Positions 28,817 through 37,375 of a stretch of DNA of 64,000 nucleotides are shown one piece after another; within the stretch, counting starts at the first letter, position 1; each line of letters begins with the position of its first letter. Both the position numbers and the translations under genes were made by a program. Below the pieces are notes generated by a model, which was given only the letters and a program-made list of their open reading frames with translations, was not told the DNA's origin and searched no databases. The DNA lies in IMG/VR virus record IMGVR_UViG_3300033388_005412, positions 139,295-203,294 of that record, one strand, 5' to 3'. This DNA is from a virus (lineage: Duplodnaviria; Caudoviricetes).

Positions 28817-29054
28817 TGTTAAAAGACTAACGAAACTTAAAGATGCCGAGAACAAAACAAAGGCTATGGTCACGCTTGATACAGGTGATTTCCTTTTGAG
28901 CGGCATAAGAGTTGTTGACGCTGGGAAGGGCCCGTTTGTGTCCATGCCCCAGAGAAAGGGAACTGATGGTAAGTATTATGATACCATACATCCTACGTCA
29001 GACAGAATGAAAGAGGATATTAATAACGCGGTTCTCGCGGAATTTAATAAATAA
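28809..29054 (+). CDS. spoVG: SpoVG-family protein (copy 4)
   Basis: KTKAMVTL..LLSGIRVVDAGKGPFVSMPQRK..DGKYYDTIHP..INNAVLAEF; start at 28809 after AGGAGG. Confidence 0.88.
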   Translation: MISVKRLTKLKDAENKTKAMVTLDTGDFLLSGIRVVDAGKGPFVSMPQRKGTDGKYYDTIHPTSDRMKEDINNAVLAEFNK

Positions 29055-29061
29055 AAGGTTA

Positions 29062-29090
29062 TGCGGGGGAGAAAGGGTTTCTCCCCCGCA
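29062..29090 (+). terminator. strong 12-bp hairpin after spoVG-4 (terminator-like, poor U-tract)
   Basis: TGCGGGGGAGAA/TTCTCCCCCGCA. Confidence 0.55.
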
Positions 29091-29299
29091 ATTAAAAAAA
29101 AAGGGGGATGCGATCAAGATTAATCCGATTGAAATTGTTACAACATTAATAATTGAAGGAATAATACTGGGAATAGTTGTCAGTGTATCGAAACCGATAA
29201 CTAAATTAATTGAATCAATTTACACTAGAAAAAAGAAAAAATTATCTGATGATAACGTAGCGGCATGCGCCGTTGTAATAGACAATTAAGGAGAATACA

Positions 29300-29691
29300 A
29301 TGAATAGTTTAAATCCCGTTGAGTCTCTATCAGCTCTTATTGTACAAGGCATTGTATTGGGATGTGTTATTTCAATAGCTATTCCAATAAGCAGATTAAT
29401 AATGAAAGCTGAATTTGAAGGATATAAAAAAGTAAAAAAACTGATGAAGAAAGAACAGCTGGCTGTTGGGGGGGCATAATGTTCGATTTTTTGGAACCGC
29501 TAATGGCATTTGATATGCCTAATTTACCGTTTGAAGAATATTGGGAGCATATTTCTGATAAAATAGATCAAGCATATAAAACAGGCATGTATAAAAGCAG
29601 ATGTTTCTCTGAACAGGGTGGCGCTGGCAATGAACAGGCCGCAAAAGATTTATTCGATTTACTCAGCACAAAATCAAGTATATTCGGATAA
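29300..29691 (+). other. small genes 29300-29479 (TM peptide) and 29479-29691
   Basis: AAGGAG SD, TAATG overlap. Confidence 0.55.
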
Positions 29692-29702
29692 GGAGTTAAT
29701 TT

Positions 29703-30137
29703 ATGATTAAATATATTAATGGTGATTTATTCACTTCAAAAAATTCATTAGCCCATTGCATAAGTAAAGATTTTAAACTAGGTGCCGGCATTGCCAAAAC
29801 ATTTAGAAGGAAATATATCAAGGAAATTTTAAAAGCAAGAAATGAAATGATTGACATTGAAAAATCGCTTGTTGATGTCGGCAAATGTCTGGTTGCTGAT
29901 GTCGGCAGTTGCTATGTTTTTAATCTGATTACAAAAAAGTTTTATTATGAAAAACCAACTCTCAAATCTATGGAATCGGCATTGGAAAATATGTTCGCGA
30001 AGGCGGAAACAATTAATGTTGAGACAATCGCAATGCCCAGAATAGGGTGTGGACTTGACCGATTAAAATGGAACGATGTTGAGAAATTAATTATTAAACA
30101 CCAGGGAAATATTGATGTCGCTGTTTATAGTTTATGA
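29703..30137 (+). CDS. macrodomain protein (TARG1/DarG-like ADP-ribosylhydrolase)
   Basis: GDLF..SLAHCISKD..LGAGIA..F, FNLITK, IAMPRIGCGLDRLKW. Confidence 0.88.
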   Translation: MIKYINGDLFTSKNSLAHCISKDFKLGAGIAKTFRRKYIKEILKARNEMIDIEKSLVDVGKCLVADVGSCYVFNLITKKFYYEKPTLKSMESALENMFAKAETINVETIAMPRIGCGLDRLKWNDVEKLIIKHQGNIDVAVYSL

Positions 30138-30143
30138 AAACAT

Positions 30144-30216
30144 AGGGATGTCGTTCAATTGGACAGGACCGGTGATTTTGAGTCACCTAATCGAGGTTCG
30201 AATCCTTGCATCCCTG
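30144..30216 (+). tRNA. trnQ: tRNA-Gln (anticodon UUG), no encoded CCA
   Basis: AGGGATG/CATCCCT acceptor, GTTC/GGAC D-stem, GGTGA-TTTTGAG-TCACC, CGAGG-TTCGAAT-CCTTG. Confidence 0.95.
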
Positions 30217-30404
30217 TTTATATCTGATGATGCAAAAGGAGATAAATCATGAATGAAACATATTGTCCAAAATGTAAGAATTCATTGAAAAGTGTTGGAT
30301 TTACCTGTGCGGGACAGAGTCTATATCACTGTCCTATCTGTGAGCGCTGGTGGGAAATAAAAGAACTTCCTAATGAAGATGAATCAACAAAATAAGGAGG
30401 ACGA

Positions 30405-31787
30405 ATGAGTATTTGCGAAATATGCGGTAACCGGATAGATAAAGCTACAATGGAAAATTATGGAAATACAATAGGAGTATGTCATAAATGTTTATATAAA
30501 GAATTTACAGTTGAAACAATAACCCGAGCTGATTTAACTGTATTTATTGGTACAGGTGTAAAGAAATTTACTGATAAGGATATGAAACATCTTGCTATGT
30601 TAATATGTGATTTCCAAGCCGATGAAGGATCATTTATTGGGATAGAACAAATGACTAAAATTGCTCTTAAGCAAATTAAAAGAAAATTGGTATCGCAAAA
30701 GGGGAAAAAATGAATTGGTTATGTTATATTGGTGGTGGAGTTTTAGTTCTTTTATTGTCATTTTACATAAGTACGTTTTTAGCATCAACATTTGTTGAAA
30801 ATTATCATGAAGAGTTGAAACATTTTAAAATAACATACAGAAAACTTTTTATACTTGGTTCTATGCTGATGTGGATATGGATTTGCTGGACATTTGTATA
30901 AGGAGGAACAATGGCTATAATGGGAATCGTGCTTATAATTGCCGGTCTCATAGCAGCTATATTCTGGGTGGTTGAGCTGTCTATGGGTGTTAAAGCCAGT
31001 AAAGAAATATTACGGAAAGTTAACGGGAATATATTCCGCGGAATATTGGCATGCCCTAAAATTTTATTATCATTTTCGGCGTTTATCATTGATGTTATAG
31101 TAACTATGTTCTGTACTACAGTATTTATTATAAGCGCCTCAATTCCCGGCATGGCGATTTCATTGCTGATGTCGGATATTATATCAGTGTGGATTTTGTA
31201 TGAGTTTAAGGAGGAAAAATGACAAGTGGTATGATTTATTGGTTAACGAGGTTGGACGGAATTGTGACATTTGCCGCAGTGGTCATGGCGCTTTTTACAT
31301 TGGCGGCGATAATATTGGGAATTATTGGTGGTATAGAAAATTCTGAAAATACGAAAAAAGCAGCAAAAAAATGCGGAATTATTGCCGTTATTACGGCTAT
31401 TATAGGAACGTTTGTGCCAACATCAAAAGAAATGGCGGCGATTTATTTGATTCCAAAAATAGTAAATAACGAACAAGTTAAAGATGTGCCAAGCAAAGGA
31501 ATGGAAATACTGAATTTAAAACTAGATGGATGGATAGATGATATGAAAGGAATAAAGGGCAAGAAATAATGAAAACAGCAACTTTATTAACTGATTATAC
31601 GATAGAAAAAGAAGATTTTACTATAACAATAATACCGAAAGGAACTGTTTTATACGAGTGTTATGATGGTGGTGGATTTTCAACCGTCGGCGATGGTGAG
31701 ATAAAAAGTGATTATTTAATGACAATAGGACGTGTTTATGTTAACAACAATCCGCATGTGTTTTCAATGGGAGAAACAAATGGATAA
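30405..31787 (+). other. hypothetical genes 30405-30713 (paralog of 59276), 30710-30901, 30911-31222, 31219-31569 (membrane proteins), 31569-31787
   Basis: SDs; hydrophobic segments; C..CL.K.F...I.RAD....D.DMK.LA shared with 59276. Confidence 0.6.
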
Positions 31788-32292
31788 AGATGAAAAAATT
31801 GAATATTTAAATGACCAAGTGGTTGATTATCAACACGAGGTTCACATGCTTAAAGAGAAAATAAAAAAAATGGTTAAAACATTATCTGAAAAAGGATTAA
31901 AAGTCAGTAAAAAAAGATTCAATAATAACGGAGACGGCACGGTGACAGACACGACAACGGGACTGGTGTGGTTGCGTGATCCTGCCGATTACAACGTTAA
32001 GCCACAGGAATGGCAAGAGGCAATTGACGGGTGTAAAAATTTTAGTTTTGCTGGATACAAAGACTGGCGACTGCCAGCGGCGCAGGAATTGTTTAACATA
32101 GTGGATTTTACGAAGAAAAAGTATCCGCTGATTAACGACGTGTTCATTTGTCCTGAATACACTTATTGGACAACGCAGGAATATGTGTCACATACTATTT
32201 ACGCTATGCTTATGTATTTTAATACCGGTGGCGCGACCTACTACAATAAGACTAATGCGTTTTTTGTTCGTCCGGTGCGAGGAGATTTGTGA
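31780..32292 (+). CDS. DUF1566 (Lcl C-terminal) domain protein
   Basis: RFNNNGDGTVTDTTTGLVW, W.EAI..C..F.FAGYKDWRLP..EL, VRPVR. Confidence 0.85.
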   Translation: MDKDEKIEYLNDQVVDYQHEVHMLKEKIKKMVKTLSEKGLKVSKKRFNNNGDGTVTDTTTGLVWLRDPADYNVKPQEWQEAIDGCKNFSFAGYKDWRLPAAQELFNIVDFTKKKYPLINDVFICPEYTYWTTQEYVSHTIYAMLMYFNTGGATYYNKTNAFFVRPVRGDL

Positions 32293-32293
32293 A

Positions 32294-32820
32294 ATGGGTG
32301 AATACGCTGATGAATTAATTTTTAATGGATTTAGTGATATGGGAGCATCAGATTATTGCGAACAAATACCGTTTGTTATTAACCCATTTTATCGCAAACC
32401 AAGAAAAGCCAAATATGAATATAAAAAAATAGTCAGACAAACTGATAAGGCCTGGCTTATCGAATTTTCTGGTGGTGCCAAAAAATGGTTACCAAAAAGT
32501 AAATGTGATATAGATAAAAAATTTATTTATATTCCAGAATGGCTCGAAAGAAGAATAATTATGATAGAATTACGTAATGAATTACGACGTGGATATATTT
32601 GAAAAATAAATAAGGAGGTGGAATGTCTAAAACATTAAACTGGATAAGGAAGAAAATTCATTGTCCTTATTGCTGGGACATAATAAATATTAATATTGAT
32701 ATTTGCCAGGAACCTTTGGCATATAATGAAAAAATAACAGGAGGTGAACGCACATGTCCGAATTGTAAAAGAATAATAACTGATCAGAACCTAAAGCATT
32801 GTCATTTTATCGAAGAATAA
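32294..32820 (+). other. two hypothetical genes (32294-32602, 32623-32820 with CxxC pairs)
   Basis: 32294 contains TDKAWLI..WLPKSK..IPEWL; 32623 has GGAGG SD. Confidence 0.6.
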
Positions 32821-32832
32821 TAGGGAGAGCGC

Positions 32833-34779
32833 ATGAAAATAATATCAAATTTAATAATTCCTGAATTCATATGTGAAGACGGTATATTGACAAGTTATGA
32901 GAAATTACATCCGAAAATAAAACAGGATGTGAGAAAACACTGTCAGCATGTAAGTGTACTGACTTACAGACCGTATATGCGCCGAATTTTAGATAATTCA
33001 TTTACTGTAATGAAATTCGGAGGATCATTTATCGGCGATGAATATTTAGAATTAGTAAAGAAAGCTAAAACTAAAGGATACATAGCACAATGGAATGTCA
33101 AGAGAACACATGGCGGCGGCCGAGGTGCTAAATCGTGGGGCAAAATAGAATTTGCCAGAACACAGATTATAGAAGATATCGTTAAAGAACTGGGTTTTCA
33201 TGAAGAATTCATGAGATTACCGATGGGTAAAAGAATGAACCGCATACAGAAAATAATAGGCGAAATGCACGATTTTCAGATAAAGCCCAGAGTTAAAATA
33301 GTTGGCGATATGGACAAATTCGAGGGATTGCTTTTCGGACGCATAAAATGGATGAGGAAAAATGGAATTGAGCCGGGTGCTAAAACAACTTTAGCAACTA
33401 AGGGGCTTATATTCCCGACGCCAAAACATATTAAATGTGATGCTGACTTACTTGTTCCTGCAGGCGAGAATAAATTCGGCTTAAATGAGGAAAAGTTATC
33501 CGAATTAATAAAATGGATACCAAGATTAACGCCGGGATCACTATTCAGTAGAAATCTTAGACGGAAAAATTCAGATATCCTAGGACGAAATCCGCAGGCA
33601 AAATGGGACCTTCAGGCATTTCTTGATTTTATACCTGAAACTGATTTAACGGAACATAAAGCTGTGTTTGAAGGTAAATTAATGAATGATAAAATTGTCG
33701 ATACATTATTCGGATATAAACAAAAAGGTGAAAAGAAATTAAGATTTCATGGTATGCGGTTGAAGGCCAAAGAATCATTATTTCATCCTGAAGTATGGAA
33801 TGAGGCAGTTAAAACATTAGAAAAATGGATTAGCAAATCAATGCAGCCTGAAGTAAAAGGGCTTTATGGTGTTGTTATGCCGATAAGTCTGTTGAAAATT
33901 ATAAATGAAGAGAGCCATGAATTTGAGGCGTATGTTACAAGGTTTCCATGGGTTACGCCGATAAGAACAAAAATAGCATTATGGAAAGATATAATATTTG
34001 TTCCGGATGATTTATGGAAAGCATTCGGCGGAGATTATGATGGTGACCAAGGGGCCGCGTTTTATAAACATACTATGAATACAGGATTATTATGGAAACG
34101 TGACAAAGAATGGCTTAAGCGTATAATGACACTTCCTGAGAAAGAAGATGATGCTTCAAATAAAAGTGAAGATGAAGTTATCGCGATACAACTTGATCAG
34201 TACGCATATTGCGGACGTATTTATAATAGTGGAAAGATTGTTGTTGACGCGGCGAGAATGGAAGGTTGGGGCCAAAGAGAAATCCAGGAACTGGACATGA
34301 AAATAGCAGCAACTGATGTTCAGCCGTATATAGACGGCTTTAAATATAAAGCCGGTGTAAAACCCTTGAGTGTTTATGAACTTGCTGATAAATATTGTGT
34401 GTCAAAAAAATGTGTTGGCAAAGTGAAAACATATTTTAACGCATTAAGAGGCAGCAAAAGCGGAATAGAACTTGTGGTTGCTCTCTCGAAATTCGCACAT
34501 CCGGAAAGTAAAAGTTTCTATGAAAGAATTGTCAGCAAATTTAAAGAATTCCGTAAAGGTGATTATAAGGAAGTTAACAAAATTCCTATTGATATGGAAA
34601 AGGCGATTAAATATAGTTATGTTAAACACAGAGATGACTTGGACTCAAGATATTTAAGTTTTGAAAAATATTTAAAAACCAATGAACTTATTAACGGCGC
34701 TATAAGAAATTGTTTTGACAGGCGGGATGTCAGAATGGCAAGATTTATACACGAAAAGAAAGAACTTGAAAAATCATAA
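32833..34779 (+). CDS. putative single-subunit two-barrel RNA polymerase (paralog 2)
   Basis: KFEGLLFG, GAKTTLATKGLIFP..ADLLVP, QPEVKGLYGV, VTRFP, IFVPDDLWKAFGGDYDGDQGAAF, YIDGFKYK; colinear with 8037-10022. Confidence 0.8.
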   Translation: MKIISNLIIPEFICEDGILTSYEKLHPKIKQDVRKHCQHVSVLTYRPYMRRILDNSFTVMKFGGSFIGDEYLELVKKAKTKGYIAQWNVKRTHGGGRGAKSWGKIEFARTQIIEDIVKELGFHEEFMRLPMGKRMNRIQKIIGEMHDFQIKPRVKIVGDMDKFEGLLFGRIKWMRKNGIEPGAKTTLATKGLIFPTPKHIKCDADLLVPAGENKFGLNEEKLSELIKWIPRLTPGSLFSRNLRRKNSDILGRNPQAKWDLQAFLDFIPETDLTEHKAVFEGKLMNDKIVDTLFGYKQKGEKKLRFHGMRLKAKESLFHPEVWNEAVKTLEKWISKSMQPEVKGLYGVVMPISLLKIINEESHEFEAYVTRFPWVTPIRTKIALWKDIIFVPDDLWKAFGGDYDGDQGAAFYKHTMNTGLLWKRDKEWLKRIMTLPEKEDDASNKSEDEVIAIQLDQYAYCGRIYNSGKIVVDAARMEGWGQREIQELDMKIAATDVQPYIDGFKYKAGVKPLSVYELADKYCVSKKCVGKVKTYFNALRGSKSGIELVVALSKFAHPESKSFYERIVSKFKEFRKGDYKEVNKIPIDMEKAIKYSYVKHRDDLDSRYLSFEKYLKTNELINGAIRNCFDRRDVRMARFIHEKKELEKS

Positions 34780-34782
34780 GGG

Positions 34783-34812
34783 TTTACAAATTGGTAAACT
34801 CTACTGTATAGT
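34783..34812 (+). promoter_or_regulatory. sigma70-type promoter
   Basis: TTTACA-N18-TATAGT, then GGAGG and ATG at 34830. Confidence 0.55.
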
Positions 34813-34829
34813 AAACTTGGAGGATAATT

Positions 34830-35111
34830 ATGTCTATGAAACAGTCAGATGAGACAGAAGAAACAGCAAGTGAGATAATTTTATTAAAGAAACAAATTAA
34901 CAGATTAAAAGATGAAAATTTTGAATTGTCAAAATATGTAGTTGGAAATGATAAAGAAACAACAAAAGAATTAATTGCTTATAAAATTAAGTTGCAGGGA
35001 AAATATGATTTTTTAGTTAAGTTATTTATAGAATTATCAAAAGCGTTTAATTCAATAACTGAGAATGTTAATTTAATTAAGGAACAGTTTTCACAGGAAA
35101 TTATGGAATGA
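34830..35111 (+). CDS. coiled-coil hypothetical protein
   Basis: GGAGG SD; heptad-rich. Confidence 0.6.
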   Translation: MSMKQSDETEETASEIILLKKQINRLKDENFELSKYVVGNDKETTKELIAYKIKLQGKYDFLVKLFIELSKAFNSITENVNLIKEQFSQEIME

Positions 35112-35162
35112 TATTGCAATAATATGCATTATTTTGCAATAAGGATTTTGTTATTGCAATAA
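35111..35162. repeat. three near-palindromic 12-mers at exact 20-bp spacing
   Basis: ATATTGCAATAA, ATTTTGCAATAA, TTATTGCAATAA at 35111, 35131 and 35151. Confidence 0.75.
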
Positions 35163-35220
35163 CATGCAACAAGATTCAAATTGACGGTATAACATTTTTA
35201 TTATAATATATAAATAGAAC

Positions 35221-35341
35221 ATTCCCGGTGGGGTGAGACCCTGATGGATGCAGCTCCTGAAATTATGGAGAATACTCAACACCTTAGGATTGTAAAGGTT
35301 ATAAGTGTGGGTTGAAATCGCAAAGTCATTTGCTCGGGAAT
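35221..35341 (+). ncRNA. cloverleaf ncRNA F
   Basis: ATTCCCGG/TCGGGAAT, U, GGG-GTGAGA-CCC, CTCC-TGAAATTAT-GGAG, GCAAA-GTCA-TTTGC; TTGACG and TATAAT-like boxes upstream. Confidence 0.7.
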
Positions 35342-35404
35342 TAGTAGCTCGTTCACCATGTGTGAAAGGAGTACGGATATCGTTTAATTACGATGTCTGA
35401 TTTT

Positions 35405-35514
35405 GTCCCGGTGAGGTTGTACTCTGACGGATTAGACCTTGAAACTATAGGTTATCCTTCCGTGTGATGTTTTAACGTATAAGGTGAAGTTGCGGCCGAC
35501 TAAGCTGCCCGGGC
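35405..35514 (+). ncRNA. cloverleaf ncRNA G (homolog of F)
   Basis: CCCGG/CCGGG, U, GAG-GTTGTA-CTC, ACGGA/TCCGT with ACCT-TGAAACTAT-AGGT, GCGGC-CGACTAA-GCTGC. Confidence 0.7.
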
Positions 35515-35522
35515 TTTACTAC

Positions 35523-35551
35523 TTGACAACATACCATATAAAATACATAAT
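35523..35551 (+). promoter_or_regulatory. sigma70-type promoter abutting the sigma-factor start codon
   Basis: TTGACA-N17-CATAAT; no SD before ATG 35554 or 35560. Confidence 0.7.
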
Positions 35552-35553
35552 AT

Positions 35554-36240
35554 ATGGATATGAGAACTGTAATAACAATGGGTGAAATGCTTAAGGCCGG
35601 AAAGAATAAAGAAATGTGTGATATTATTCTTAAACGGATTGAGCCTTTTATGGTATTTATATCAGGAAAGATTTACCATTTTTACGGTGCAAAATATGAC
35701 AGCAGCATATCATTCGACGATATAAAACAATTTGTAACGGTTTCTATGATCATGGCTATTAGAAAATATAATCCTAAAAACTACGATAAGAAGAAAGATA
35801 AATCAGGTAGTAAAAAATATATGAACGGATTCAGTTACATAGAGACGATTGGAAAAAGAATTGTAAGATCATATTATGAATATCAACATAGAAAAAAAAG
35901 AATACCGCCTGAAAAAATAACGAGTCTGAATATAATTATTGATGATTATGGTAATGAACTACAGTCAATATTATGTGAACCCGAAAACGATGATATAGAT
36001 GTTTTTAATATCAAAAAAATAGTAAATAAATTTCATGGTTCATATGTCGATAGCGCTGACGAGAGAATGCATTTGTATGATGTAATGAAAATGATAATGA
36101 TCGATGACATGACATATGGTGAAGTTGGAAAAGTTTATAATATATCTAAACAGGCGATGCATAAAATAGTAAAGAATCATATTGTTAAGGAGCTGAAACG
36201 TGAAAACAAACAACGAACTGCAGAAAATCCTTATATGTAA
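35554..36240 (+). CDS. phage sigma70-like factor
   Basis: Region 2-like FDDIKQ...AIRKYNP...FSYI; SLN linker; region 4 HTH MTYGEVGKVYNISKQAMHKI. Confidence 0.78.
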   Translation: MDMRTVITMGEMLKAGKNKEMCDIILKRIEPFMVFISGKIYHFYGAKYDSSISFDDIKQFVTVSMIMAIRKYNPKNYDKKKDKSGSKKYMNGFSYIETIGKRIVRSYYEYQHRKKRIPPEKITSLNIIIDDYGNELQSILCEPENDDIDVFNIKKIVNKFHGSYVDSADERMHLYDVMKMIMIDDMTYGEVGKVYNISKQAMHKIVKNHIVKELKRENKQRTAENPYM

Positions 36241-37207
36241 TTTACATAAGTATAAAAACGAATGTAAAGAACTTTTATCAGACGTAATGTCGATGTGGTT
36301 ATATGAAGATCCCATATATAGATTCTATCATCATAGTTTTAAGGTATTCTGGATGCAGGACACAACAATTAGAATTGTTAAAATATTAATAAAAATATCT
36401 CCGAACAAAGAAATGAATAAAATGTTTTTGAAGATTATAAAAAAAGGGACTGGAAAACGTTTCACACGTAAAACAAATGAAAACTGGGACCGGGAAACTC
36501 GTTCGATACTAGAGGCATTTTTTCATGCTAAATTCTTTTTAGAAATGTGTGTGAAATACAGTAAAACAAAAAAATCCCAGACTTTACTCGAAAGCGGTTA
36601 TGCCGCTTTACTTTATTTATATAACATAAGATAGATATAACGTAAGTAAAACAAAAACACAAAATGGGAGGACCATGTGAAAAACAAAATTAATGAAGTC
36701 AAAACAAATGACATCATTGCAGAATTAAAATGCGGATGTCCGGAACACAAAATCGAGTTTGATTATTGGACGAGCAAAGATAATAAAGAATTCAGAGGAA
36801 TGAATATTTTGATCTACCAGCTGTATGATAACAGTAGTAAATGTCATAGAAAACTTAAACATCCAAAGTTGCTTGGAGATGTTGTTTTACTGGACGATGA
36901 AATAGCGAAATTTATTAAATTCGCTAAGAAAGTTGAAAAAAAATTTGGAAAGGAGAAATAAATGAGTTTATGGAAAATTGGTGTAAAAAAATGTTATAGA
37001 TGCGGCGGAATATTTGATAAAAATTATATGAAGATTGTTAAAGACACCTATATATCGTGTGGAATAGAAGGCGAGGAAGTTACTAAATGTAATGATAGAT
37101 ATTATTGTGATACATGTAAGCCAGCATATGATTTCATTGATAGAACAGAAAATGAGGACGTTTATACAAAGATAGTGAAAGTTGACGAAAAAGGAAACAT
37201 CCTATAA
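36200..37207 (+). other. three hypothetical genes (36200-36634, 36677-36961, 36962-37207)
   Basis: Co-directional; CxxC pairs in 36962. Confidence 0.6.
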
Positions 37208-37208
37208 T

Positions 37209-37360
37209 ATGGGACAAGTGTCCCATGACATGGGACAAAATAGCAAACCATAGCAACACCGTGGAACGTGAGTAGTTGAGCTGACCACACTCTTCGCGAC
37301 CTGACTAGGCGCATATTGATATGCTAAGCGTATGGAGCAAGAAGGCTGACTCGGTTTGCT
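37209..37360 (+). ncRNA. structured leader or ncRNA with alternative hairpins
   Basis: ATGGGACA/TGTCCCAT/ATGGGACA triplet; AGCAAACC/GGTTTGCT closes about 120 nt with internal hairpins; TATAAT at 37203. Confidence 0.55.
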
Positions 37361-37375
37361 GATGAAGGAGGGATA

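Noticed and set aside
35221-35514. Intron-containing tRNA-Phe genes
   Set aside because: The YU-GAA-A loop is closed locally by its own stem and lies too far from the D-arm; removing a segment after position 37 does not give a canonical tRNA
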